A DNA stretch of 64,000 nucleotides, taken from the human T2T-CHM13v2.0 reference genome, Homo sapiens. The notes under the pieces were generated by a model. That model was given only the letters and a program-made list of their open reading frames with translations, searched no databases and was not told where the DNA came from. A program made the translations under genes and the position numbers. Below are positions 53,014-64,000 of this stretch, one piece after another. How positions within the stretch are numbered: the stretch's first letter is position 1; each line of letters opens with the position of its first letter. The stretch lies in assembly GCF_009914755.1 (NCBI RefSeq), contig NC_060930.1, one strand, 5' to 3'.

Positions 53014-55219
53014 TCAGCTGGAAACAAGCCTGCCCACTTCCTTTGCCTACCCCGCCACTGCCTGTCGTACCCATCCATCACAGGACATAATGCTTAAGCA
53101 CTTGAGGAAAAGATAATGCACCGCTTACATTTTCCTAGTGGAACAATAAATTTTATTTCGGGGATGTTGGGGGAAAAAAGTCGTAGTGTTACTGACCCAT
53201 GTTTTATTAACCTGTCTCCAATTAACAGAAAGGATGACACTAATTGGAAACACACCATTTTGCTTAAGCAATTAATCTTTTTTGGTTTATCTTTTAAAGC
53301 CAGTTATTAAAGTACACCTATAAAGCTCATAGGTAGCAAAAATACACAATTAATTGATATTAAACTTGGAACTTGTATTAGAGCTCAAAACTTATACTTA
53401 AATTTCAGTGAGAAAAAATGGCCAGTAACTGAATTACTTCCAGAAACGGATTGTTTCGTATTCTTATGGAATTCAACTTGAATAATAAATTTAATCAGCT
53501 TCAACATTGCCAGAGTTTTCAAGTGATTTTATTCGATTGGTATGTTCAAGAAGAAATAGGAGAAAGTAACCAATAGTATTGAGCTGCTTTTATTTATTAT
53601 TTTCAAACATCCCATTTGATGAGAAAAAAAATAGCCAAACTGTTTCTTCACAAATATTTTTAGCTATGAAGTTCACACTAATTTAAATAAACTTATTTTT
53701 AGATTGACTGTGGTTAATTATATAAATCAAGCAGCTGTTCCTTATTAATTATGCATATGTATAACACACATTTAAACTTTTCTAAAGTAAAAAAGGGTTA
53801 CAAGTGTAAGAAAATTTAAGAACATTAATACATAGTATTTCTGCTTCCCTTTTCTCCTAGGGGGTTACAGTAACATCCAAGTAGATTCAACAAGTTCAGA
53901 AGTTGATATAATCATTGGCCATTTTTGCTTATTTCGATTAAATCAAAGCACTGCAGTAAAAGAAGGCAAATAAATGTTTCATTAAAAAATTGCTTGCTTT
54001 CACTCTAATGCCTTACAGAGCTGGGAGCTGTTTTTGATATGCATATGCCGATCATTAGCAGTAAATGACCTTAATAATGGCATTCATCACTTACATTTGC
54101 AGAACACTCTCCAAAGTTCACAAAAGTTTCTCCGTATTATGCTCTTCAACAGTGCTGCAACTGAACCGCCTCCCACCCTCTCCTCTCTCCTTCTCTTCGT
54201 TCCTCTTTTCTCTTTCCATCCCTCCTGGGCACTGCATTCAGCCCTGACAGAAATCAAGGAGGTCTGGTCCTTGACCCTTGAGAAGCTCAGTGAGGGCCAC
54301 AGAGCAGAGAGGAGGGTGGCAAGGCAAATGCCATTCTGTTTTAGAGATGGTGCAACTGAGGCCAGGGAGGCTGAAACCGTTGCCTGAGTGAGACCACATC
54401 AGCCTCAGGACTGAAATCGCCTGCCTGCTTTCCAGGAAGCTTTTCTCTTCCTGGAAATTGCACAGACACGTGCAACAAAATTACACATGCATGTTTGTTG
54501 TGTCATGTCCCTCTTTCTCTTCACTTTAAAACTGAGGAGGAGGGAATTGTAAAGTGAGGGCGAGGAGAATCTGGCCCTGCTTCCCTGCGATCTTCAAAGC
54601 CAGTATTAATACCTGGCACTCCATGCTTGTCTACTGAGAACAGCATCCCGGACGAATCTCAGCTTTGCTCTGCGGGGCTGGCATTGATAGGGGCGGGGCA
54701 GAGTAGCTGGGAAGAGGAGATGGGCAGTCACCTGGATGGAAAGTGGATTTGAAGTTGCATTTGGGTGGCAAGAATGCTTCTTTTCTAGAATGTTTATTTG
54801 AGGTGGCTTTGAGGGAGAACAGACAAAGATCACGGGAGCATCGGGGTGCAGTGGGCTGAGCGCTCTGAGGGGCGAGGTGAATGATTCTTCTCCGCTTTGG
54901 TCGTGGTTAGGTTTTCCTATAGGACCCTTTTCCAAGGAACTGGCCCTAACAAGGGCACTCAACAAAAACCCTGATGATTCCACACATGTGAAAACAGAGG
55001 GAATCTCGTCTTTGCAGTCAGTAGTGGCCCATCTCTAGGAAGGACAGACAGACTCTGAGTTATCCTAAGCAAGATGGTCAAATGGTGAACTCTGTTAAAT
55101 ATATGAACGTCTCTCCTGTGGCTTCAAACCCTCTTGGGGGGAAAATGCCGGCTGAGCAAAACCACTCTGAAGCCAAATGGACAGATAAGATCGGCGGCTG
55201 ATCTCCCCCAGGGTATTTA

Positions 55220-56780
55220 CATTTAATTGTTAATTATGGAATATTTAAAACATACAAAACAATCTACATCTAACACACAGAGGTACATCATAAAGCATCA
55301 TAATGGATCACTCGTGAGCCAGTCATCAAGTCCGGAATTGGAAGGTTACCTACCGACACCATGGTGTCTGCTGGCCTGCTCCTCCCAACACTGCCTCCTG
55401 CCTCTGCCCCCTAGAGGGCCTCCATCACTGAAATTTTGGGTTAATCATTACCTCCTTTAAAAAAATAGTTTTAGCACATATATATGTGTCTATCTCAAGA
55501 ATGATACATTACTTAGCTTTGCTTGGTTTGGGGTTTAAATTAAAAAGGCTACATTTTTTTTTCATTTTTGCTACATGTTTATTTTCAATTTTTAATTTTT
55601 ATTATTATTTTTTGAGACGGAGTCTCACTCTGTCACCCAGGCTGGAGTGCAGTGGCACGATCTCAGTTCATTACAATCTCTGCCTCCCGGGTTCACGCTG
55701 TTCTCCTGCCTCTCCCGAGTAGCTGGGACTACAGGTGCCCACCATCACGCCCGGCTAATTTTTTGTATTTTTAGTAGAGACGGGGTTTCACCATGTTAGC
55801 CAGGATGGTCTGGATCTCCTGACCTCGTGATCCACCCGTCTCAGCCTCCCAAAGTGCTGGGATTACAGGCGTGAGCCACCGCGCCTGGCCTACATGTTTA
55901 TTTTCATTCAGTATTTTGTTTCTAAAATTCATCCATGCTCTATAGTATGTAGGCACAGCCATCTTCACTTCTGTATAATATTCCATTTTTCTCTATAATG
56001 ACTTCTGGGCTGTCTCCAAAGCTGCTCTGGACTTCCCCGAGCACAGTTCCTGGTGCCCAGATGCATGCAAGTTTCTATAATGAACACGCCTAAGAGTGGA
56101 GTTGCTGCCCCTGGGCTACACAAGTGTTTTGCTTTACTGAATACACAGTGCCTGATTGTTCTCCAAAGCTGCTGAGGCAATTTACTTTGCCATCAATAAC
56201 GGGTAAGGATTTCCATTATCTATATCCTCACCAACTTTTAAATTGTATCACTGTAGTTTAAACTTATGTTTTTAAGGAGGTTGAGCATCTTTTCATATTT
56301 CCACTGACCACTGGAGTTTTTTCTTCTATGAAATTCTTGCTTGTATTTGTTGCCCAATTTTTTTTAATTAAAAATTTTTAAAATTAGATTGTCTTTTTTA
56401 GAAATTGATTTTAAGAGTCCTTTATGTATTCTAGGTCCAAATCCCTTGTTGGTTATTGGTGTGGCAAGTGTCTTTTCCCAATATTTGTCTTGCAATTTCA
56501 CCTTTTTAATGCTATTATTTAATGAGCAGAAGTTCTTAATTGTAATAGGGTCAAGTTTAACGATAATTTCTTTTATGGGTAGTGCTTTTAGTTCTTAAGA
56601 TGTTATTTCATTCCCAGAATCATAAAGGTATTCACTTATCGTTTTGGAGTTTTAATATATTGCCTTCCACACAAACTATTAGGAATTGATGGTGTGAGGT
56701 AGTGATACAAATTTTTGTTTTTTCCCCTACGCGTAACAAAGTTCCCCAAACCTTCCTTGAATGCTCTCCTTCTTTTCCAG
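55220..56780 (-). mobile_element. Ancient L1ME-type fragment, interrupted by AluY
   Basis: Degenerate antisense L1 (GAGGTTGAGCATCTTTTCATATT; TTTAATGAGCAGAAGTTCTTAATT). Boundaries approximate. Confidence 0.65.
55588..55890 (-). mobile_element. AluY
   Basis: GGGTTCACGC and TTAGCCAGGATGGTCT diagnostics. 16-bp TSD TACATGTTTATTTTCA at 55572-55587 and 55891-55906. Confidence 0.95.
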
Positions 56781-58411
56781 GTGACATGCAAGGGGCCTTT
56801 TCACTTCAACAGAAAAACAAGTCGTTTAGTTTAAAATAATGGAAAATCATTGTGTAGTGAATGATCGTGTGTTCACACTTGCACATGTGTGTATAAATAA
56901 AGGTCATTTTTTTCTAAGTAAAGGGGATTTCCCTGCATCCCCAAAGTCACATCACTTCAGCGGCTCCCTATTAGATCTACTCTGCATCAAGTCCTACGTG
57001 GGGTTTCCATTTGTCATTGCCAAGCGGCCGTACTCTGCTGCAATTAATCCCCCTTCCAACAAATGTAATTTAATGCCTTTTAAAAATCATAAAATGTTAC
57101 TTGCTTTTAAAATATTGTTTAATTATTTGGGGTGGTGGCTACAAAGTTGATTCTGTTTAATTTTTTGCTTGCATTTTCTGGAATTTTCTGCACACATTCT
57201 TGATCTCAGGCAAACTAGCAGACAGGGTTCTGGGCCCCTGGCAGAGCTGAATTCGTGTTCGACTGCTGTGATGCAGCTCCTGTCTCCCAGGGGCTCCCTG
57301 CACCTCCCTCTGCCTGTCCCTGACTCTTCTTCCCACGTGGCCATGGCAGCTGCTTCTCCTCTTCCTCCTCCTCAGGTTTGCCAGGGAAGCAACCTTTGCT
57401 GCTCTCCCGCCCAACACTGCCAACCCACTCTTCAATTCACTCCGCTGGGCCACGAATGGTTGGAGAGCATCTATTGAGTGCCTAGCCCTGCTGGTGTCTT
57501 AAGACAAAAACACCTGTTCTTGCCTCAAGTCTAAATGTGTTACTGCCTTTTCTCTACTCTCCCCCTCTATACTTAGTTTTTCCCTTCTCAGATTATTTAC
57601 ATTTGTATCTTTAAGTGGTACAAGTTTGAATTCAATTGGCTAATACCTTGAGTTCTTCTAAGGGGACTGAAATTTAATAAATAAAAATACTAATGTCTAG
57701 TAAAAACTTTTTGCCTAATCATTTAGTGTAAAAATGCAATAAAACAGAATACTCTTTAATGTTCAAAAAGGCCAGTCATTTTCTTTCAAACAATTGAACA
57801 TTTTCATATTTAATGAATGCCAGTATGTAATTAATAGAGATTATAACAATTATCTTCACACCATATCAAAATAGGTGTATCATAAGAGAACAGATAATAA
57901 GTCTTTAATGTGATTAATTTGTAAATGCTCTTAAAAGCCTGTTTTATGGAGAATAAAAATACTTATAAAAGTGTTAGGTGGAAATGATAAAGTAAAATAT
58001 CACAGCCATGCAGACGACCAACAGATGCTCCATTAGACCCTGTGTTCTCAGGATGATTAAGAGCAAACCTGACAAGCCTGGAAGGCAGATTCCTCTCTCC
58101 TCCATCCCCCAGTGTTTACCAAAGTTCACCCTGCAAGAAAGCATCATCTAGGAGGTTTGGACCATCTTTGCACTTTTTCTAATTGTCAAGTCCTTACACG
58201 AGAAATAACGATTGGGCTTATGTTTATGCAAGGCTTCATCTTCCCACATTGGTGCCAGCTGTTGGCCTTGAACTTGCCTGAGGTCTCACCCTCTCAACGC
58301 TTTTTCTTCATGATTGTTTAACTTTTTGGATCTCTTTGGTATCTGACTGCTGGATGGTTCAGTTCTAGGCTTTCTCATTCCCTTTATTGGTGCATTTGGG
58401 TCCCAGGCTGG

Positions 58412-58869
58412 TGCTATGGTGTGGGTATGGTTGGCTTTTCCCCACCAAGCCCATGATGAAATTTGGTCTCCAATGTGGTAGTGTTGGGTGGTGGGGCCTA
58501 GTGGGAGGTGTTGGAATCACTGATGCAGATCCCTCATGAACGGCCTGGTGCTGTTCTCATGGTAGTGAGGTCTCACTCTGGAAAGACTGAATTAGTTCTC
58601 CAGGGAATGGAATAGTCCCATGAGAGTGGTTTGTTACAAAGCCAGGAGGCCCCTCTGGTCTTCTCTTTGCTCGTGTCCACTTACGCTTTGACCTTCTCTG
58701 CCATGTTATGACGCAGCACCACAAAAGCCCTTGCCTTGCCAGAACCAAGGGCCATGGCCTTGAGCTGCCCAGACTGCAGAACTGTGACTTAAACCCACCT
58801 ATTATTTTTTTTAAAATAAATACCCCATCTCAGGTATTCTGTTACGGCCACACTGTACAGACTAAGACA
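58412..58869 (+). mobile_element. Solo MST (MaLR) LTR
   Basis: TGCTATGGT ... AATAAATACCCCATCTCAGGTATTCTGTTA ... ACTAAGACA. Confidence 0.85.
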
Positions 58870-59008
58870 CTGGGGATCAGGTTAAGTGAACCAGATGAAA
58901 TGCAAAGAGATGTAGAGAGAAAAAATCATGTTCTCCATCCAGGGATTTACAGGTAGAGAAAGTACACACCAACTAACTGCCACATGTGGTGAGTGCCGGG
59001 TACATGCT

Positions 59009-59517
59009 TGTGGTTGGGCAGAATGATGCCCCAACAAAAATGTTCACATCCAAATCTCTGGAACCTATGACTAGGTTACCTCACATGGCAAAGGAGACTT
59101 TGCAGATGTGATTGATTCACTTAGGGATCTAGAGATGGGAGGCTACCCTGGATGATCTTGGGGGCCCAAGGTAATCACAAAGGTGGAGACAGCAGAGGGA
59201 GGAAGAGGAAGACTTGTCTACAGTAGAGGAAGTTCAGGGTGATGCTAAGTGAGAGGAACTCAATCTGCTGTTGCTGGCTTGGAAGATGGAGCAGGACCAC
59301 AAGCCCAGGAGTGCGGACGGCCTCAAGAAGCTGGAGAAGTGGGGAGATGGATGCTTCCCTGAAGCCTCCAGAAGGAGCCAGCCCTGCCGATACCTCGAGG
59401 TTAGCCCAGTGAGACTTGTGTTGTTCTTCTAACTTAGAGAACTGTAAAATAATGAATTTACATTGTTTTAGGTTACAACATTTTTGGTTGTGACATCAGC
59501 AACAGCAAAGTAAGACA
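59009..59517 (+). mobile_element. Solo MLT1D-like (MaLR) LTR
   Basis: TGTGGTTGGGCAGAATGATG...ATGGCAAAGGAGACTTTGCAGATGTGATT...TAAGACA. Confidence 0.85.
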
Positions 59518-61455
59518 ATGACCCAGATAGTAAGGTAAAAAAGTCCAAAGAAGGGAAAAGTACCCAAGAATATGAGAATGAATGTAGTTGATTTACTGCC
59601 TAAGTGTAATCTGGAAGTTCTAATTAAAGTATGTTCACCTTGAATTCCTTAAATCAAAAGTTTCTTAATAGTTCAAAATCTAATCACAAAGTTAGCGTGT
59701 AGCTCAGTAAAAGGACGAAGTCATGTGAACTGCTGACAAGTTAATTGTCCTCTGGGATTTTACTGCCATCCTCCTCAGGAATTTGATTTATTGCTTCAGA
59801 GAAATAGAATTGCTGATTTAAGTCTGCTCACAGGCATTGCTGTAGACGAGTCTCCTCCCTTACTTCAGTTTACAGGCATTTATTGGGCCATCTTCACCGT
59901 AAATCACTCTCAAACCTCGTCAGAGTCCACAGCAGGGCCAAGGCGTGGGAAACCTGATTACCTGTATCACCAACTGCCTACAAAATCGGCTGAGTGCACG
60001 GCAGTTCTGATGTGTATGAGGGCTACATCCAGAGTTAGAGATCAGTGTGGTTTCACTATTTTTCATTTGACCTTCAGAAATGAACATTGGACTCAATTAT
60101 CCAACCCTCCCCTGACATTTCCTCTGGAACTTGGAACTCTGTTAACACAATCTGTCGTATTTCCCCTGGGTCCATGTATAACGTAGTATTCATCATAAAC
60201 TAATTCTAAAACTAAGATGCCTATTCCAAAGAACATCAAGAACTACGTCTTATCGTGTACCCAGGGACGTACTTACCCATCCAGCAGACAAGCCCTTGCA
60301 GATGCATGGTGACTTAATGGGTATGAGATGTGGGGAGCAGGAAATTGTACAATCAGATTTCAAAACTCCAGTTCCATTTCTGTATGGGAACCGTGTGTGA
60401 TTTTTTAAATGCTGCTGCGTATGAAGGAAAGAAGAAAAGCCACCTATGCACAAATACAGATGTTTGTGTGGTGTTTTCACATGACCATGGCTTCCTAACA
60501 CTTGCTTTGTGGTCCTCTCTGATGCTCTACATACACTTCCTCGCTTATAAATTCATGAGTATGTGACTCACATACTCTGTAGAATTATGTGGTCTGTGAA
60601 GGCAGTAACATTTTTTGGCTACTTAGCCATCTAAAATAGTGTTGAAAATATTTTACTCAGTTTGTAAGTGTTTATTGAGTAGATGCTATGCCTGAAGCCC
60701 CTTACTAGTGGCTGCTAAAGTAATAACAGAGGGCACCTCATCACACTTGTCAAGTTGCACAGCCAGCTAGCTGTTACAGAATACGAATGACGATTACAGT
60801 CATCATTTTAGTCATATTTTTGGCATATGTGTCTTATCAGTTCTACTAAGATACAGTCTTTTAAAGGTTAGGACCAGGTCTTTTAGATTTTTATCCCCCA
60901 CTGTAGCATGTAAGGTGGCATGTTTTTACCCATTCATACCATTTCTATAGAAGGAATGAATAAAATTAAGAAACAGAAATGAGTACACTTAAAAAGAGGC
61001 CACTTCTTGAGATTGGGAACTTTTATCTATTTGATGATTCTGTTTTTATTAAAGTAGTGGTGGACATTGTTCACAGAAGAGAGGATGTTTTCTTATGAAA
61101 GGAAACGAGTCACATAGAATGAAAACATCAACACCTGTAATATCATCAGTTTAGAGAAATCTCACATTCAGAGCAAAGGTATCACAGAATGAGTCCTTTA
61201 CAAACCCTTACCAGCCGTTACTAGCCCTGTGTAAGAACTGTGACAAAGACTGAGATCTAGGAACAAGCAATAGAGCCCATCTATGTCAACACCATTCATC
61301 CCAGAGAAGAGGAAACTAGAACAAGTGAGGTTACGTGACTTGCCACGTTCCTAGTGCAAGGTAGCTTGAAAGCCAGGAGTAACCTAGGTTTGAGAAATAA
61401 ATGGACTGGTGTTCAAGAAGAAAGTGAGAAGCGGCTATGAAAAGCTGTCTGCCTT

Positions 61456-61770
61456 GGCCGGGCGCGGTGGCTCACGCATGTAATCTCAGCACTTTGGGAG
61501 GCCAAGGCAGGTGGATCACGAGATCAGGAGTTCAAGACCAGCCTGGCCATCATGGTGAAACCCTGTCTCTACTAAAAATAAAAAAATTAGCTGGGCGTTG
61601 TTGCATGCACCTGTAGTCCCAGCTACTCGGGAGGCTGAGGCAGGAGAATCGCTTGAACCTGGGAGGCGGGGAGGTTGCAGTGAGCCAAGATGACACCACC
61701 ACACACCAGCCCAGGCAACAACAATGCGAGACTCCATCTCAAAAAAAAAAAAAGAAAAAAGAAATAAAAA
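61456..61770 (+). mobile_element. AluS (Sg/Sc-like)
   Basis: Full dimer. 17-bp TSD GAAAAG(C/G)TGT(C/T)TGCCTT. Confidence 0.95.
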
Positions 61771-62639
61771 GAAAAGGTGTTTGCCTTTAACTCAGTGGAC
61801 GTGTAGCATCCACCCACTTCAGCCATCCTAACCTCAACCATCGCCTCCCATGAGCACCTCCTTGGTATTTACCTGGTCCTTTCCACGTTTCTGAGTAACT
61901 TCCTGATTGTTTGCTTAGCTTAGCCCTCTTTCTACTAAGGGACCTTAGGACAACTGAAGAAATTTGAATGTTACATTTCAAAACTTGAATATGGTAGAAG
62001 GTAGAATAACAGACTACTCATATTGTTTCTATTTTAAGAGCAGTTAAATGTAAAGAATAGCAAGTAATGCCAAATTGCTTATTTAAATGCGCACTCAAAA
62101 ATTATCATCCAAACAGCTCCCTTCTGATGGACAGCCGGCATCTCTGATCACTTTTGCTTTTATTTTCTCCTTTTCCATGCAGGTCACATTCGCTGGTCAG
62201 AGGGTGGGAAAACTATGGGTATTGGGACAGCCAGAGACACTGAGACAAGCTAGATGGAATTCAGTGGCATCCGTAATAGGGTTTGCATGGGAAACTGTAT
62301 ATTCAAGCTGGGATGAAGACAGGTGGAGGCTACTCTGGGGATGGAATCACTTAGTTGGTCCAGTTCCATTAAGACAGGATCAGAATGGTAAGGGGGAGTT
62401 GGGGCTGAGACTTTTCAGTACTGAGAGAGCTCCTGGGGAACTGGTTTTCACAGAGAAGACCAGGAACCAATGCTGTCCTTTATCCCGCAAAGTGTCAAAG
62501 TTTCTCTTCTATCGTAAGGTCCTAGAGCTAAAAGAAGGATAGATCATCATGGATTGGAGAATTAAAACTCTGTGGGATAATTTCTTGGGAGTCTCAAAGA
62601 CATGAATTCTTTCATCACTGCTTTGCCTTTTACAAGTCA

Positions 62640-62815
62640 CAGGGCACTGGGCAAGGTGTGCACCTCGAAGAGCCTCAGTCTCCTGATCTAGAAAATGGAC
62701 TTAGGGTCCTTGCCTCCTGGTGTTGCTGTGATCATTGGAGACAGATTATTCACATGAAGTGCCTAACCTAATGCTTGACATGTCCTAGCTACTCAGTAAA
62801 TACTAGTAGTTATTC
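62640..62815 (+). mobile_element. MIR
   Basis: GAGCCTCAGTCTCCTGATCTAGAAAATGG core and CTCAGTAAATACTAG tail. Confidence 0.7.
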
Positions 62816-63270
62816 TCATTTTTCCCCATATACTCCTTTTCTAGACTATGGACAGAATTTCTGAAAAAGCAGGGACTAATATCTGAATGCTCTTTGAGTC
62901 AATAGTTTTATCTGGCTGGTAAAATAAAGCTTAGATTTTAACTCAAGAGGGTGCTTGATTAGCATCATAGATATCCTCAGAAAGACAATTAGACTTAACT
63001 GAAAAAGTCTCAGTGCTAAGAAAATACTATTATTGTTGTTGTTATCGTTATGCTTTTGTGTGTTAAACCAAATTCGTATCCACTTGTCATTACCAAAATT
63101 TAACAGCCTCTAAATCCATTGTCCCATGAAAAAATAATAGCCTTTTATCAAATTTCTGCACCTTGTAAAATAGTCCTGATGCTAAATCAAAGTAATTCAG
63201 ATGTCTTCCAAAAACAGTTCTTTTTATTAGGGGGATAAAAGAGAATTAAGGATGAAGTGAGACTTCTAGT

Positions 63271-63414
63271 CAGTGGTTCCCAAATGGAGCTGCATGTTAG
63301 CATCGCCTGGGAACTTTCAGGAACGGATTCTTAATCATATTTTCACACACCTCAACCCAGATTCTGTATTTCAACAAGGTGATTCCAATGTGCAAACAGG
63401 TTTGAAGGCCTGTG
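63271..63414. mobile_element. MER5-like DNA transposon fragment
   Basis: CAGTGGTTCCCAAA start and TCTGTATTTCAACAAG...GGTGATTC motifs. Confidence 0.65.
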
Positions 63415-64000
63415 ATAGAGTTCAGAACAAGTATCTTTAAAATAATGGGTTTCTCATTCAAATGTTTATACTTCCGTAATTTGTTTTGAAACTGCTTTAG
63501 TAACTCAAATTAGTGGTCACCATATTCCTCATTAATGTCATTCAACGATATTCACAATGAGTTGCGACTTCCTAAAATACAGACCTGAACGATGTATTCC
63601 AGAATAACGTTTTAGCTACGTAATCGATTTATTGAGTCTGCTGCATGGAGGAAACAGATTATTTAAGACCTAATCTCAGCATTTAACAGAGCGCACATCT
63701 GATGGGACTGACAATTTCACACATAGAGAAAAGCCCCTGATACAGTCTAAATCAGACAGTGTACACTGTGAGTGTCCCAGAAGTTCAAAGGAGGGGTGAC
63801 CCCAGGTGGAGGGAGACCTGGCATAGCACAGGGTTGGCTGTGCTTTTAAACCCACTAAGCGCTGTATGAAAAGAGTAATTAGCAAATGCAAATTCAGTTT
63901 GTGGACACACCAACATTCTTTTCCAAAACATCACTAACTCATTTTGAAGATAAAGTAAACTTAACTTGGGTTAGTATCAAAATAATTTAAATGTACCTGT

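Overview
Primate, probably human or great-ape, nuclear DNA. This is inferred from AluJ/S/Y elements, an L1PA2-type 3' end and an LTR12C. The window looks intergenic or intronic/lncRNA-like. I recognise no protein-coding gene, RNA gene or CRISPR array. The long ORFs in the track come from Alu, L1, LTR12C, microsatellites or GC-richness. Content: nine Alus, eight solo LTRs, a multiply nested L1 cluster (about 11.4-18.9 kb), other old L1, MIR, L2 and DNA-transposon fragments, three large simple-repeat tracts and a CpG-island-like segment at about 3.6-4.4 kb. I cannot support a new biological system here. The best leads are: (i) a hand-built two-exon, 71-aa small-ORF gene model behind an ETS/Sp1 promoter-like element (about 50.2-51.0 kb); (ii) a perfect ER6/NBRE nuclear-receptor element at 52996; (iii) two local non-tandem duplications and several templated-insertion or hairpin scars; (iv) an intact LTR12C promoter. 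Repeat family names come from memory of consensus sequences and need RepeatMasker/Dfam confirmation.
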